Positions 27,658-36,910 are shown, counted from the first letter of the stretch. The stretch is DNA of 64,000 bases from Clostridia bacterium (GCA_017473085.1 JAFUNF010000020.1:21523-85522), one strand, 5' to 3'. Translations and numbers: made by a program. The notes: a model not told the origin generated them from the letters alone.

Positions 27658-28932
27658 TTATTTTTCCACAATTACCGACACTCCATCGGGGATTGCTACG
27701 ATTTTAGGTGAATTATTGCCTAAAATCTCCTTAGCCTTGAAAAGTGCCTCATCAATAGAGTGAGCAGGAATTAAATGTAAGCTTTCCACCACCTTGTCCT
27801 CAAGTGTAGATATGTAAATTACGCTTGCGTGCATAAGCACACGCAAAAGCACCTGTGTTTGCCATTGGTCAGGCACAGTTTCCCACCTTTCTCTTTTTAG
27901 AAAGGCGTCCATTGTTTTATTAATATCACTCTCGTCGGCTAATTGATGATAAAAATGGTCCCCACCAACTCCGTCGCTTGAGTCGGCAAGCATAATAATT
28001 ACACCATTTTTCTTAACAGTTGATTCCCCTGCCGTCATTCCCTTAACTGCCTGATATGCGTTTTGGTCAAGAGGATAGCCACCATTTGTGGTTATTACTA
28101 TGTCAGCCTCCTTAGCCTTGACACCACAAAGGGAGGAAATAAAGTCAGTACCCCTTTTGTGTGATAGCTCACAATCGCCAGCCGTTGCAAAGATAACTCT
28201 TTTATCTGCGTTTAAAACTACGTTTACAATAAAAGCAAGCTTAGCCTTTTTTGAAGCCCATAGCATATCCTTGTGCATTGGGTTGTTTTCAAGAATACCT
28301 GTCCTGCAATTTGGATTAGCAATAAACTCGGAGCAATGGTTGGCTAAAACCGTCTTTCTGCCACACACCCCTGGCAAAACGCTTTTTCTTCCACCTGAAA
28401 AGCCTGCAAAAAAGTGTGGCTCAATAAAGCCCTCGGAAACAAGCAAATCTGCCTCATAGGCAAGCCTGTTTATCTCGCACTCTCCACCTGAGGGAAGGGT
28501 GCCAATATTTACAAGCATATCCTTGTCGTCACAATCGTGTATGTAGATATTTTCCTTTTCTACAATTTCCTTGCCAAATTTGGCTACAAGCTCATTTTTA
28601 GTTGTACCACGATGACAGCCTGTTGCTATTAAAATCGTAATTTTAGCATCAGGAGATACGCTTCTTATTTCCTTTAACATTAAAGGCATAATAATCTTAC
28701 TTGGCACAGGGCGAGTGTGGTCGCTTGCAATTATTACAATATTTTTCTTACCCTTAGCCAACTCACTTAATTTTTCTCCAACAGGATTTTTAAGTGCTTC
28801 CTTGACTAAGTCCTCTTCACTTAGTGGGGGGACGTATTCGTTAATCGAGGATTCAAGCACCCCTATTAGCTGTTTTTCGTCGAAGGAGTGTTCAATTTTT
28901 TCTTTTCCATATGGAAAGCTAACCTTTATCAT
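27658..28932 (-). CDS. larA: LarA-family (nickel-pincer cofactor-dependent) 2-hydroxyacid racemase/epimerase homologue
   Basis: 424 aa. The motifs ..IIASDHTRPVP.., ..IATGCHRG.. and ..GFIEPHFFAGFSGGRKSVLPG.. match my memory of LarA/DUF2088. Substrate unknown. Confidence 0.8.
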   Translation of the reverse strand: MIKVSFPYGKEKIEHSFDEKQLIGVLESSINEYVPPLSEEDLVKEALKNPVGEKLSELAKGKKNIVIIASDHTRPVPSKIIMPLMLKEIRSVSPDAKITILIATGCHRGTTKNELVAKFGKEIVEKENIYIHDCDDKDMLVNIGTLPSGGECEINRLAYEADLLVSEGFIEPHFFAGFSGGRKSVLPGVCGRKTVLANHCSEFIANPNCRTGILENNPMHKDMLWASKKAKLAFIVNVVLNADKRVIFATAGDCELSHKRGTDFISSLCGVKAKEADIVITTNGGYPLDQNAYQAVKGMTAGESTVKKNGVIIMLADSSDGVGGDHFYHQLADESDINKTMDAFLKRERWETVPDQWQTQVLLRVLMHASVIYISTLEDKVVESLHLIPAHSIDEALFKAKEILGNNSPKIVAIPDGVSVIVEK

Positions 28933-29468
28933 TTTTCCTCTCCTGTTACTCGTCTTTTATTTATTAGATGCATAATTAATGGAATTAAAACAAGCTGTAA
29001 GATTATGCCAGGGATTGCATCAACCACACCCGACATAAAAAGTGCGTACAGAGTTATACTCTGTCCTGCCACACCTAAAAGAATTGCTTTTGCAATTCCC
29101 CAAGCTACCCTGCCTGCTATCATTGATATAACAAGAGATAGATAAAGGTAGCCAATATGCTTTTTTCTTGCCTTAATATATAGTAAGCCAATAACTAAGC
29201 CATAGGTGGCAAGCTCAATCGCCATCCACACTGCATTGGGATAAAGGGGTGGCATACCAAAAATAAGGGAGCGCAAAAATGGTAAGGTAGCCCCCACCAC
29301 AAGCCCATACCTGTAGCCACAAATAAGACCGCATAGCATAACTGCTAAGTGCATTGGCAAAAGCGAATCACCGATTTCCTTAATCTGCCCAGTCAAAAGA
29401 GGCAAAACCATACCTAACGCCAAAAACAACCCAGCCAAAACAAGATTTTTTATATCTTTTCTTTTCAT
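28929..29468 (-). CDS. ECF-transporter S (substrate-capture) component-like membrane protein
   Basis: About 6 TM segments (MKRKDIKNLVLAGLFLALGMVLP...). I prefer the start at 29468, because the track start at 29525 lies inside the predicted promoter. Its stop overlaps the larA start as ATGA. Confidence 0.65.
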   Translation of the reverse strand: MKRKDIKNLVLAGLFLALGMVLPLLTGQIKEIGDSLLPMHLAVMLCGLICGYRYGLVVGATLPFLRSLIFGMPPLYPNAVWMAIELATYGLVIGLLYIKARKKHIGYLYLSLVISMIAGRVAWGIAKAILLGVAGQSITLYALFMSGVVDAIPGIILQLVLIPLIMHLINKRRVTGEEK

Positions 29469-29496
29469 TTCTGCCCCTTTCTTCCTTAATATATTT

Positions 29497-29525
29497 ATTA
29501 TAGCATTTATTGACGCTAAGTGCAA
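29497..29525 (-). promoter_or_regulatory. Candidate promoter of the ECF-S/larA/HIT operon
   Basis: On the minus strand: TTGCAC, 17 nt, TATAAT. Confidence 0.45.
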
Positions 29526-29543
29526 TATGAAAATAAAGCGAAA

Positions 29544-30112
29544 AACAAAGCAAGGAGAGTGAGGACTTGACTTTATTCGAGTCCTTAATCGACTATGCGA
29601 CTTTGCGTGGCACAGAACACGGGCTTTGTCCTTTAGGGCAAGGCGAAAGCCACAAGCTTTAGGCTTGTGGCTTCCTTATAGACGAACTAAGTCTATAAGC
29701 TGAACGCAAGCCGAAAACAATTGGGTATTGTTTTCGGTGCAGTGTTTCAAACAAAGCAAGGAGAGTGAGGACTTGACTTTATTCAAGTCCTTAATCGACT
29801 ATGCGACTTTGCGTGGTACAGAACACGGGCTTTGTCCTTTAGGGCAAAGCGAAAGCCACAAGCTTTAGGCTTGTGGCTTCCTTATAGACGAACTAAGTCT
29901 GTAAGCTGAACGCAAGCCGAAAACAATTGGGTATTGTTTTCGGTGCAGTGTTTCAAACAAAGCAAGGAGAGTGAGGACTTGACTTTATTCGAGTCCTTAA
30001 TCGACTATGCGACTTTGCGTGGCACAGAACACGGGCTTTGTCCTTTAGGGCAAAGCGAAAGCCACAAGCTTTAGGCTTGTGGCTTCCTTATAGACGAACT
30101 AAGTCTATAAGC
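29544..30112. repeat. Tandem array, 2.75 copies of a 206-bp unit, abutting and overlapping the rnpB 3' end
   Basis: The motif CAAAGCAAGGAGAGTGAGG recurs at 29546, 29752 and 29958 (period 206). The copies differ by only a handful of substitutions. The unit shares its last ~20 nt with the 3' end of rnpB. Confidence 0.95.
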
Positions 30113-30457
30113 CGTGTTCTGTTGAAGATGGTCATCTATCTTTGCCTTGTGTCGCCACAAGGCTCCGCAAAATTGCGTGCCACCCAAGAGAATAGCAAAG
30201 CTTTATCGGGCAAATAAAAATCCTCTTATGCGGTGTTGCTTCGGATAGGGTTTACACCTACTCTATGTTACCATAGAATATCGTGAGCTCTTACCTCACG
30301 TTTTCATCCTTACCTAAAAAGGCGGTAATTTTCTGTTGCACTTTCCCTAAGGTCACCCTCGGCTGACGTTATCAGTTATCCTGCCCTATGAAGCACGGAC
30401 TTTCCTCACACTACTACCTTTCGGCGTGATAGTGCGCGACCATCCAACTTAGTTCCC
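30092..30457 (-). ncRNA. rnpB: RNase P RNA
   Basis: The minus strand carries the universal blocks GAGGAAAGTCCGTGC, GGGAAAGTGCAACAGAAA, GTGAGGTAAGAGCTCACG, GTAAACCC, AGATAGATGACCATC and ACAGAACACGGCTTAT. P1 pairs GAACTAAGT (5') with ACTTAGTTC (3'). A consensus promoter lies just upstream. Ends are +/- a few nt. Confidence 0.93.
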
Positions 30458-30461
30458 TTGT

Positions 30462-30490
30462 ATTATAATAAATTTTTTCCACTTTGTCAA
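30462..30490 (-). promoter_or_regulatory. rnpB promoter
   Basis: A perfect TTGACA, 17 nt, TATAAT on the minus strand, about 6 nt upstream of the predicted RNA 5' end. Confidence 0.7.
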
Positions 30491-30551
30491 GTTATTGTCA
30501 ATTATATTTCCTTGGCATAGGCTAAAAATAACTATACAAAAGGAGCTTATT

Positions 30552-30737
30552 ATGGACAATAATTATGAAAAAATGTGCGTACCACTTCAAATGGCACTTG
30601 CTCACAACGAAAGTGCCTTTAGAAGCTTTTTAAATATGGATATTCCCACACAAAACGAATTTATACACAAGGCAAATGCCACAGGAAGTGTGGCAGAAAT
30701 TAACTCTTTAGTAAATGAATTGGCAAAAAAGGAGTGA
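30552..30737 (+). CDS. Small hypothetical protein (61 aa)
   Basis: ATG at 30552 with an AAAGGAG RBS (the track ORF starts earlier, at a non-ATG codon at 30495). Helical; no family recognised. Confidence 0.45.
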   Translation: MDNNYEKMCVPLQMALAHNESAFRSFLNMDIPTQNEFIHKANATGSVAEINSLVNELAKKE

Positions 30738-30854
30738 CCGGTCAGCGTGATGTCCCTGACGGACAATCACGCAATTAAATCCGTCAACGAGTCCCTCTCA
30801 TTTGAGAGAAACGAAGATTTCACCGTGACCCTGTCACGATTTCATCAAAGCAAC

Positions 30855-30900
30855 AAAAAAGAGAGAGCATTTCGGATTTCCGATTTACTCTCTCTTCTTA
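30855..30900. terminator. Bidirectional terminator (nested hairpin)
   Basis: aaaaaaGAGAGAGcatttCGGAttTCCGatttaCTCTCTCttctt lies between convergent genes. Confidence 0.6.
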
Positions 30901-30922
30901 TATTGCAGAAGACTGTTATTAA

Positions 30923-32122
30923 TTAGTTTGCTTTAGGTGCAAGCTGAACCATAAACTCCATTGCTTCGCTTGAGCTGTTTGTTACCTTAATGTAAGCCTT
31001 GTCCTCGCTACCGAGGTCAATAGGATTTGCTGTATCACAAGCATTTCCGTCGATTGTTACTGTGCAATCAAAGCCCATAACAACGCTAAGATTGTAGCTT
31101 TCTGGGTTTACAACGTAGAACCAAACGCTTTGTCCTGCCTCAATTGTTGTATAAGCCTCACCTGGAATGAACTTAGCATTTGACTTCATTGAGCCAGAGG
31201 GAGCATTGGTTACTTTAATTTCGCCCTCGTCCTCGCCATTTTTTTGGAACATTACAACAGTTGCACTTTGAGTTGACTCAACCTCTGCAACTACATAGTA
31301 GGTGCCATTTGGTAGGTCCATAAGAGCAACGCCGTTTTCGTCTGAGCCTGCGCTCATTATCATACTGTATTCCTCAGTATAAACGCTAATACCTACTGAA
31401 ACGCCACCATTCATATCTGTAACAGTTACCTTATACTGAATATCCTCGGTGCTTTCGTTATATGTAGCAGTAATTGTATCACTTTCGCCAAATACAATAA
31501 CGCTTGCATTAGCTGAATCTGTTGGATTAGCAAGTGTAAATGCACCATTTACGTGAGTTAGCACTGCATAGTAGCTATCTGGTGCAATTTCAAAGGTAAC
31601 AATGCCTGTTTCGTCAACAGTTGCCTTAGCGCAGGATTCGTCTTGTCCGTTGAAAAGCTCAACTACTGCACCACAGGGTGCGTTTACTGTATAGGTCTTA
31701 ACCTGCTCAAGTGTGATTGTGATATTAACCTCATTTGCTTCAAAATAAATATAGCCACTTGGAATCTTAAAGCCCTCTGGTGCCTCGTTAATTTGAACAC
31801 CTGGCTCGCCAAGCTTTGTGTCAAAGGTGTAGGTAGCCTTACCATCGTCGCCTGTTACCTTTGGCTTAAGACAGCTACCACCATCACAAATTTGTAGGTT
31901 TACGTCCTTTATTGGGTTACCATTTGCATCTACAATGGTAATTGTATATATAATTTGGGTGTCCTCTGGCTTTTGCTCGCCATTGCCTGAGCCTGTGCTT
32001 GAGCCTGTACCATTGCCTGAGCCTGTTTCAATTGGTGGGTTTTCTGTGCCATCACAGGAAGCAAATACACATACTACAAGAAGCAATGCACAAGCCAAAA
32101 TCAGTAATTTTTTTAGCTTCAT
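30923..32122 (-). CDS. Lipoprotein with Ig/prealbumin-like repeats
   Basis: Start at the ATG at 32122 (TAGGAG RBS). Lipobox VFASCDG and a GSGNGTGSSTGSGNG linker. The YTITIVDANGNPIKDVNLQI.. segment is carboxypeptidase-regulatory-like (inference). Confidence 0.8.
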   Translation of the reverse strand: MKLKKLLILACALLLVVCVFASCDGTENPPIETGSGNGTGSSTGSGNGEQKPEDTQIIYTITIVDANGNPIKDVNLQICDGGSCLKPKVTGDDGKATYTFDTKLGEPGVQINEAPEGFKIPSGYIYFEANEVNITITLEQVKTYTVNAPCGAVVELFNGQDESCAKATVDETGIVTFEIAPDSYYAVLTHVNGAFTLANPTDSANASVIVFGESDTITATYNESTEDIQYKVTVTDMNGGVSVGISVYTEEYSMIMSAGSDENGVALMDLPNGTYYVVAEVESTQSATVVMFQKNGEDEGEIKVTNAPSGSMKSNAKFIPGEAYTTIEAGQSVWFYVVNPESYNLSVVMGFDCTVTIDGNACDTANPIDLGSEDKAYIKVTNSSSEAMEFMVQLAPKAN

Positions 32123-32181
32123 AAATATTCTCCTATGCTTTTTTCTTAATTTTAACATACGTTAGAGGGTTTTTCAAGTTT

Positions 32182-33771
32182 TTACTGAAAATCCTTAAAG
32201 GTAAAGGAAACAATTTTTTCCTCTGTGCCACTTAGTGTAATTGAAAATTCAGGGGTGGCTGTGTCCATTTCAATATAAATCAAGCCTGTTGAATCAGCCG
32301 TATAATCTGTACCACCAAAGCTTACGGTTATGCCCTGCCCTGCTGTAATGGTCAAAATACCTCTTGTAGTGCCCTTTAGATAGAAGCTCTCGCCCTCTCC
32401 AAGCTTAACTGTATAAACTGTTGCAGGTATAACCTCGCCATTTTGTGGGTTCGTTGTGTCGTTTGAGGTCTTAATTGACATTGGGGAGCTTTGTGTGCCC
32501 TTTGTGTTTGGCTCAACGTAACAGCAAGCAAATAGCCACTTGTTAGCATTTACAATACCAACCATTGGCATTGAGGAAACGTTGCCATCTGCATCTACTG
32601 AATGCTCAACAAATAGGGACCTGTCGCCCTCAAACCAACCATTGTATGCGCCTGCCTTTTCAATAACATACTTAAGCTCATCTGTTAGTGGGCAAGCTCC
32701 TGAGGAGTCGCATTGATTAGCATAAGCAGAAATTAAATCGTTATATCTTTCCTTAAGAGTTACGTTTCCGTCCTGATCCTCTTCTACACAAACAAGGCTA
32801 CCAATCTCAGTTAAAGCACCAAGATATGGGCTTGCAGATGCAATTCTTATAAGAACTACTGGTCCTTGCTCATTTCCTATATGGTAAAAGCCGTCGCTAC
32901 CCTTAATGACAGTTAGATTCTTGTCCTTCAGGTCAACGTTTTTAATGGTATAGTTCAAAAGACCATAGGTGTATTTGTCACTTGAAACCTCTTGTGCCTG
33001 CTTATCAGTAAATGGTACAACAGGCTTAGGGTCGCCTGTGCGCTCAACCACTAAAACAGCGTCTTCGCTCTCGCCGTAAAGTGCAACAACTATTGAGGTA
33101 GTACCTGTACCACTCGTGCCAATACCCGAATCAAGCACCTCAACTTCAAAGGCACCATCAACTGTTTCAGTAGTATTTTGGCTTTGTACAAAGTTTGCGC
33201 TACCACGATATTCAATAGATAAATCTGCATCTGCCACATAACTGAATTTGTAAACGCCACCCTTTGTTGGAATAAATACAAAGTAGCTAACACCATCAAG
33301 GGCAACCATTGTAGCACCCTCTTTTACGATTGGTGCATCGTACTCCTCGGAATTGGTAAAGCCATTTTCAGCTGGAGTTAAAACCCAAATTTCAGTAGTT
33401 GCCACAGAGGAGTCATATACTTTAATTTCCACATTTGCTTTAGTTTTTTCTAAAATACAGCTATTTTTGTCGTAGGAGATTTCTCCGTCGGCAGAGGAAA
33501 GCTTAACCTCATATTTTTCGCTTGCGGGAAGAGTTGTTTGGTATGTTCCTGACTCGTTTAGCTTGTCCATTTCAACAAACTCGGACTCAGCCCCCTCCAC
33601 AAGCTTAAAAATTTCTATATAAAGTGCCTTTTGTGGTACCTCGCCCTTGTAGTCCTTAACTGTAATGGTATAGGTAATCTCGCTTGGCTCCTCGTTACCA
33701 TTACAAGCAGAAAACACAAGACACATACCAAGTGCCAAAAGCAAAATAGATAGGGTAATTAATTTTTTCAT
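32182..33771 (-). CDS. Lipoprotein, paralogous module to the C-terminal part of the 995-aa neighbour
   Basis: 529 aa with lipobox VFSACNG. It shares the GSDGFYHIGNEQGPVVL and CPLTDELKYVIEK modules with 33836..36823. Confidence 0.8.
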   Translation of the reverse strand: MKKLITLSILLLALGMCLVFSACNGNEEPSEITYTITVKDYKGEVPQKALYIEIFKLVEGAESEFVEMDKLNESGTYQTTLPASEKYEVKLSSADGEISYDKNSCILEKTKANVEIKVYDSSVATTEIWVLTPAENGFTNSEEYDAPIVKEGATMVALDGVSYFVFIPTKGGVYKFSYVADADLSIEYRGSANFVQSQNTTETVDGAFEVEVLDSGIGTSGTGTTSIVVALYGESEDAVLVVERTGDPKPVVPFTDKQAQEVSSDKYTYGLLNYTIKNVDLKDKNLTVIKGSDGFYHIGNEQGPVVLIRIASASPYLGALTEIGSLVCVEEDQDGNVTLKERYNDLISAYANQCDSSGACPLTDELKYVIEKAGAYNGWFEGDRSLFVEHSVDADGNVSSMPMVGIVNANKWLFACCYVEPNTKGTQSSPMSIKTSNDTTNPQNGEVIPATVYTVKLGEGESFYLKGTTRGILTITAGQGITVSFGGTDYTADSTGLIYIEMDTATPEFSITLSGTEEKIVSFTFKDFQ

Positions 33772-33835
33772 AAATTTACCTCAATTGTATTTTAATCAAA
33801 CTATGCGACACAAGGGGTGTCGCATAGCCATTCAA

Positions 33836-36823
33836 TTATTCGCCTAATGTAAGGCTATCGTAGTAGTAGCAAACCTTTGTCCAAGAGCCCTCAACCTGGA
33901 AGGAGAACTTGTCGATAAGCATTTGAAGAAGCTCTGCAAGCTCCTTATCAACTGCTACACAGCCCTGAAGCTCTGGATAGTCTGGGTCGTCAATTAGCTT
34001 ATCTAAATATGCACTAATTTCGTCAGTCATATCCTCGCCAGTGCCGTGGTAGATGTTGTTTTGAATATCGTCAAGCTGATAGAACTCGTACCAGTACTCG
34101 TAGTCAGTACCCCAAGCCTCCTTAAGGTCGTCAAGGGTATTGTTTTGAAGTAGCGTGTAAGCGTAGTTATCGTGCTCTGTCATCTTGAAGTTGAACGCAC
34201 CATTAGTAATCATTTGCTTAAGTGAGTTAGATGGGAACATATTTGTTCCAAAGTGGAAGTCTGCATATACAATTGAGCCAAGACTTCCGTCCTCTAACTT
34301 ATGATGGTAGTAGCCATCCTCACCAAGTGCAACATCAATACCACCAACGATTAGGTCGCCTACTGTGCCATCAAGAGTTTCCTCGTAGGTAAATACACCT
34401 GAGGATGCAGCTCTGAAGTGGTCAAAGGACTCGCCAAGATACTTAACGTTAAAGGTAAAGGAGCCTGTTGCATATACGTCGTAGTATGCAAGGTCAATAT
34501 AGTAGGTCTTACCTGCCTCTAAGAGAGCAACCATTGAAATGTTGGTGTAATCTCTTACAAGCTGACCATTTTCATTTTCAACAAGAAGCTCAGTGCAATA
34601 TCTTTCGCCCTGGTCACCATCTGTATAAAGGAATCTGTCGCCATTTGCAATCCACTCATCGTGGCTACCTGTAAAGATCCAGCCTACAACCTCCTGTGAG
34701 CTATTTGAGGTAAAGCGATATACACCACCAACAGTTGGTGTAAATGCGTACATATAGCCTCTTGGCATAATTACTCTGTCATAAGAAAAGTCGTAGCTTT
34801 CAGACTCAAGCACATTGTTGTCAGGATTTTCTTCATCAATTACAGGTGTAAAGTCGATTACAGGTGCGCTGAAGGAAGCAAGACCTGAAATAACGTCACC
34901 CAATTGCTCAGCAGGATTGCCGTTTTCGTCCTTACCATATACATCATAGTAGGAGCATAGACGGAGCCATGCATTTTCATTGTAAATGAATGCGTTTTGC
35001 TTTGCAAACTCGTCAAGCAAGTCCTTAAGCTCAGGAGTTACAGAGCAATAGCCGTAAATCTTTGCGTTTGCCGCATAGTTACAATATTGAACGAGTGTGT
35101 CAAACTTATTTACTCCGTCAACCATAAAGATTCCTGCACTTGTTACATCGTCAAAGGTTTCGTAAATCTTCATAGAGAGTGAGTATTCATTTGAGAAGTT
35201 TGAATAGTTTAGTAGGCTTGCCATAAGGATTGGTCCGTCCTCAGTGCCTACGTGATAGTAGCCATCGCTACCAAGCACAACAGTTACATATTGTGTATAG
35301 TCTGTGTTATTTTCGTTTGGCTTTGTTGCTGCCTCACGTGGCACGTATGCCTCAACGTCAAGGTCGTCCTTATTTACAATTTCAAAATTCTTAATATGAA
35401 CTGCGTCCTCGCCGTAGCCGTCAGATACGTCCTTTTGGAAAAGAAGCACGATATCGTAAACTCCGTCCTCATTAGCTACATAAGCACCACACTTTTCCCA
35501 ATCCTTGTTAAGTGAGGAAATAGCATAAATGTCCTCGCCGTCAACAAGCACGTAGAAATAATCGTAGGTAGGTTGCATTGAAGCAAAGTATTCAAAGGTA
35601 ACTGCCTCGCCTGCCTTCAAGCTGACCTTTGCGTGAAGGATTGAGTAGGAGGAATCCTTACCTGTGTTAGAGGTTGTAGCGTAGCCCTTTTCTGAATCAA
35701 TGATAAATGGCCACGCATACTCTGCGTCACTTGTGCCCTGTTCTGCCTCAAATGTGAAGCTGTCCTTTTGCTCCTCATTCTTAACTAAGAGGTCCTTAAG
35801 TTGCTCGTAGTGGTCCTCTGGAAGCTCAACGTCAGGCTTTTCAACAGGAATAAGCTCGCCAATATTTTCCTCAGTTACAAGCTTTTGAGTATAGTCGTCT
35901 GCTGTGTAGTATTCAAAAAGAGTTGTAAAGTGTCTTTCACTTGGAAGTGCACCTAAGTAAATCATTGTAATAACACCATAGCGGTCAATCATTACAGATA
36001 CAGGGTTACCCCAAGAGTCCCCATAAAGTCTTTCAAATGGGTCCTCAACAGGATTTGTTTGATTATCCTTAGCAATTGGGAAGGAAAGCTTTAAATCCTC
36101 TTGCTCCTCGCCCTCTGGTAGTGGATAGTACGCATAATATCTGTCCTTAAACTCATTTACAAAGGCCTGAACAGCAAAAATGTCCTCGGTAGAGTTACCA
36201 TTAATAGCAATTACATCGATTTTGTCCTTGTACTGCTGATATGCGTTTTCAAGGTCAGGGAACTCACCGATACAATATGTACAGGTTGTGTACCAGAAGT
36301 TAAGTAAAACTGCCTTCTTTTCCTTTAGCACCTCGGAAAGAGTCCATGTGCTACCGTCAACTAAGGTCACAGAAAAGTCGTGAATGATGTCGCCTGTGTT
36401 ATAGGTAACGTTTGTTGTATCGGTGTCCTCAATTACACCAGAGGTAAGCACAATGCTTGTACCTGTTGAGTTCACAGGATAGCTTTCATTTACCTTGTAG
36501 CCAGCTGGCACATCGCTTAGCTTAGCAACATAGTTGGATTTTTGAGCAACCTTAAAGGTAGCAATACCGTTTGCATCAGTTCTTACTCCCTTGCTTGCCA
36601 ACTTTCCATCGGAATAAAGCTCAACTAAAACGTCCTTTAGCTTAAAGCCACCAATAGATTTAATTTCAATGGTATAGGTGCCTTGCGTACCTGTTGTGTC
36701 GCCACTTCCCGAGCCTGTTTCCACAGGTGGATTGTTATTTCCATTACAGGAAACCATTTGAAGTAGCATAGTACCAAGCATAAGCACTACCAAAATGATA
36801 GACAATACTCTTTTAAATTTCAT
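33836..36823 (-). CDS. Large lipoprotein with TlpA/ResA-like thioredoxin domain
   Basis: 995 aa with lipobox MVSCNG. It has a prealbumin-like N-domain and a thioredoxin-like segment ..KAVLLNFWYTTCTYCIGEFP.. (CxxC). Two DGYYH + C.(V/L)..EL modules follow. Confidence 0.85.
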   Translation of the reverse strand: MKFKRVLSIILVVLMLGTMLLQMVSCNGNNNPPVETGSGSGDTTGTQGTYTIEIKSIGGFKLKDVLVELYSDGKLASKGVRTDANGIATFKVAQKSNYVAKLSDVPAGYKVNESYPVNSTGTSIVLTSGVIEDTDTTNVTYNTGDIIHDFSVTLVDGSTWTLSEVLKEKKAVLLNFWYTTCTYCIGEFPDLENAYQQYKDKIDVIAINGNSTEDIFAVQAFVNEFKDRYYAYYPLPEGEEQEDLKLSFPIAKDNQTNPVEDPFERLYGDSWGNPVSVMIDRYGVITMIYLGALPSERHFTTLFEYYTADDYTQKLVTEENIGELIPVEKPDVELPEDHYEQLKDLLVKNEEQKDSFTFEAEQGTSDAEYAWPFIIDSEKGYATTSNTGKDSSYSILHAKVSLKAGEAVTFEYFASMQPTYDYFYVLVDGEDIYAISSLNKDWEKCGAYVANEDGVYDIVLLFQKDVSDGYGEDAVHIKNFEIVNKDDLDVEAYVPREAATKPNENNTDYTQYVTVVLGSDGYYHVGTEDGPILMASLLNYSNFSNEYSLSMKIYETFDDVTSAGIFMVDGVNKFDTLVQYCNYAANAKIYGYCSVTPELKDLLDEFAKQNAFIYNENAWLRLCSYYDVYGKDENGNPAEQLGDVISGLASFSAPVIDFTPVIDEENPDNNVLESESYDFSYDRVIMPRGYMYAFTPTVGGVYRFTSNSSQEVVGWIFTGSHDEWIANGDRFLYTDGDQGERYCTELLVENENGQLVRDYTNISMVALLEAGKTYYIDLAYYDVYATGSFTFNVKYLGESFDHFRAASSGVFTYEETLDGTVGDLIVGGIDVALGEDGYYHHKLEDGSLGSIVYADFHFGTNMFPSNSLKQMITNGAFNFKMTEHDNYAYTLLQNNTLDDLKEAWGTDYEYWYEFYQLDDIQNNIYHGTGEDMTDEISAYLDKLIDDPDYPELQGCVAVDKELAELLQMLIDKFSFQVEGSWTKVCYYYDSLTLGE

Positions 36824-36881
36824 TTTATTCTCCTTTACTTAATTTAGAAATTAAATTATTAAAATTATAATGTCGCTTATA

Positions 36882-36910
36882 ATATTAACATAAAATAAGA
36901 AATTTGTCAA
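36882..36910 (-). promoter_or_regulatory. Candidate promoter of the 3-gene lipoprotein operon
   Basis: On the minus strand: TTGACA, 17 nt, TAATAT. Confidence 0.4.

Noticed and set aside
29544-30112. Could the regular repeats next to rnpB be a CRISPR array?
   Set aside because: The unit is 206 bp with no alternating unique spacers; adjacent units are contiguous and near-identical. There are no cas genes in the window. It is a tandem (minisatellite-like) duplication.
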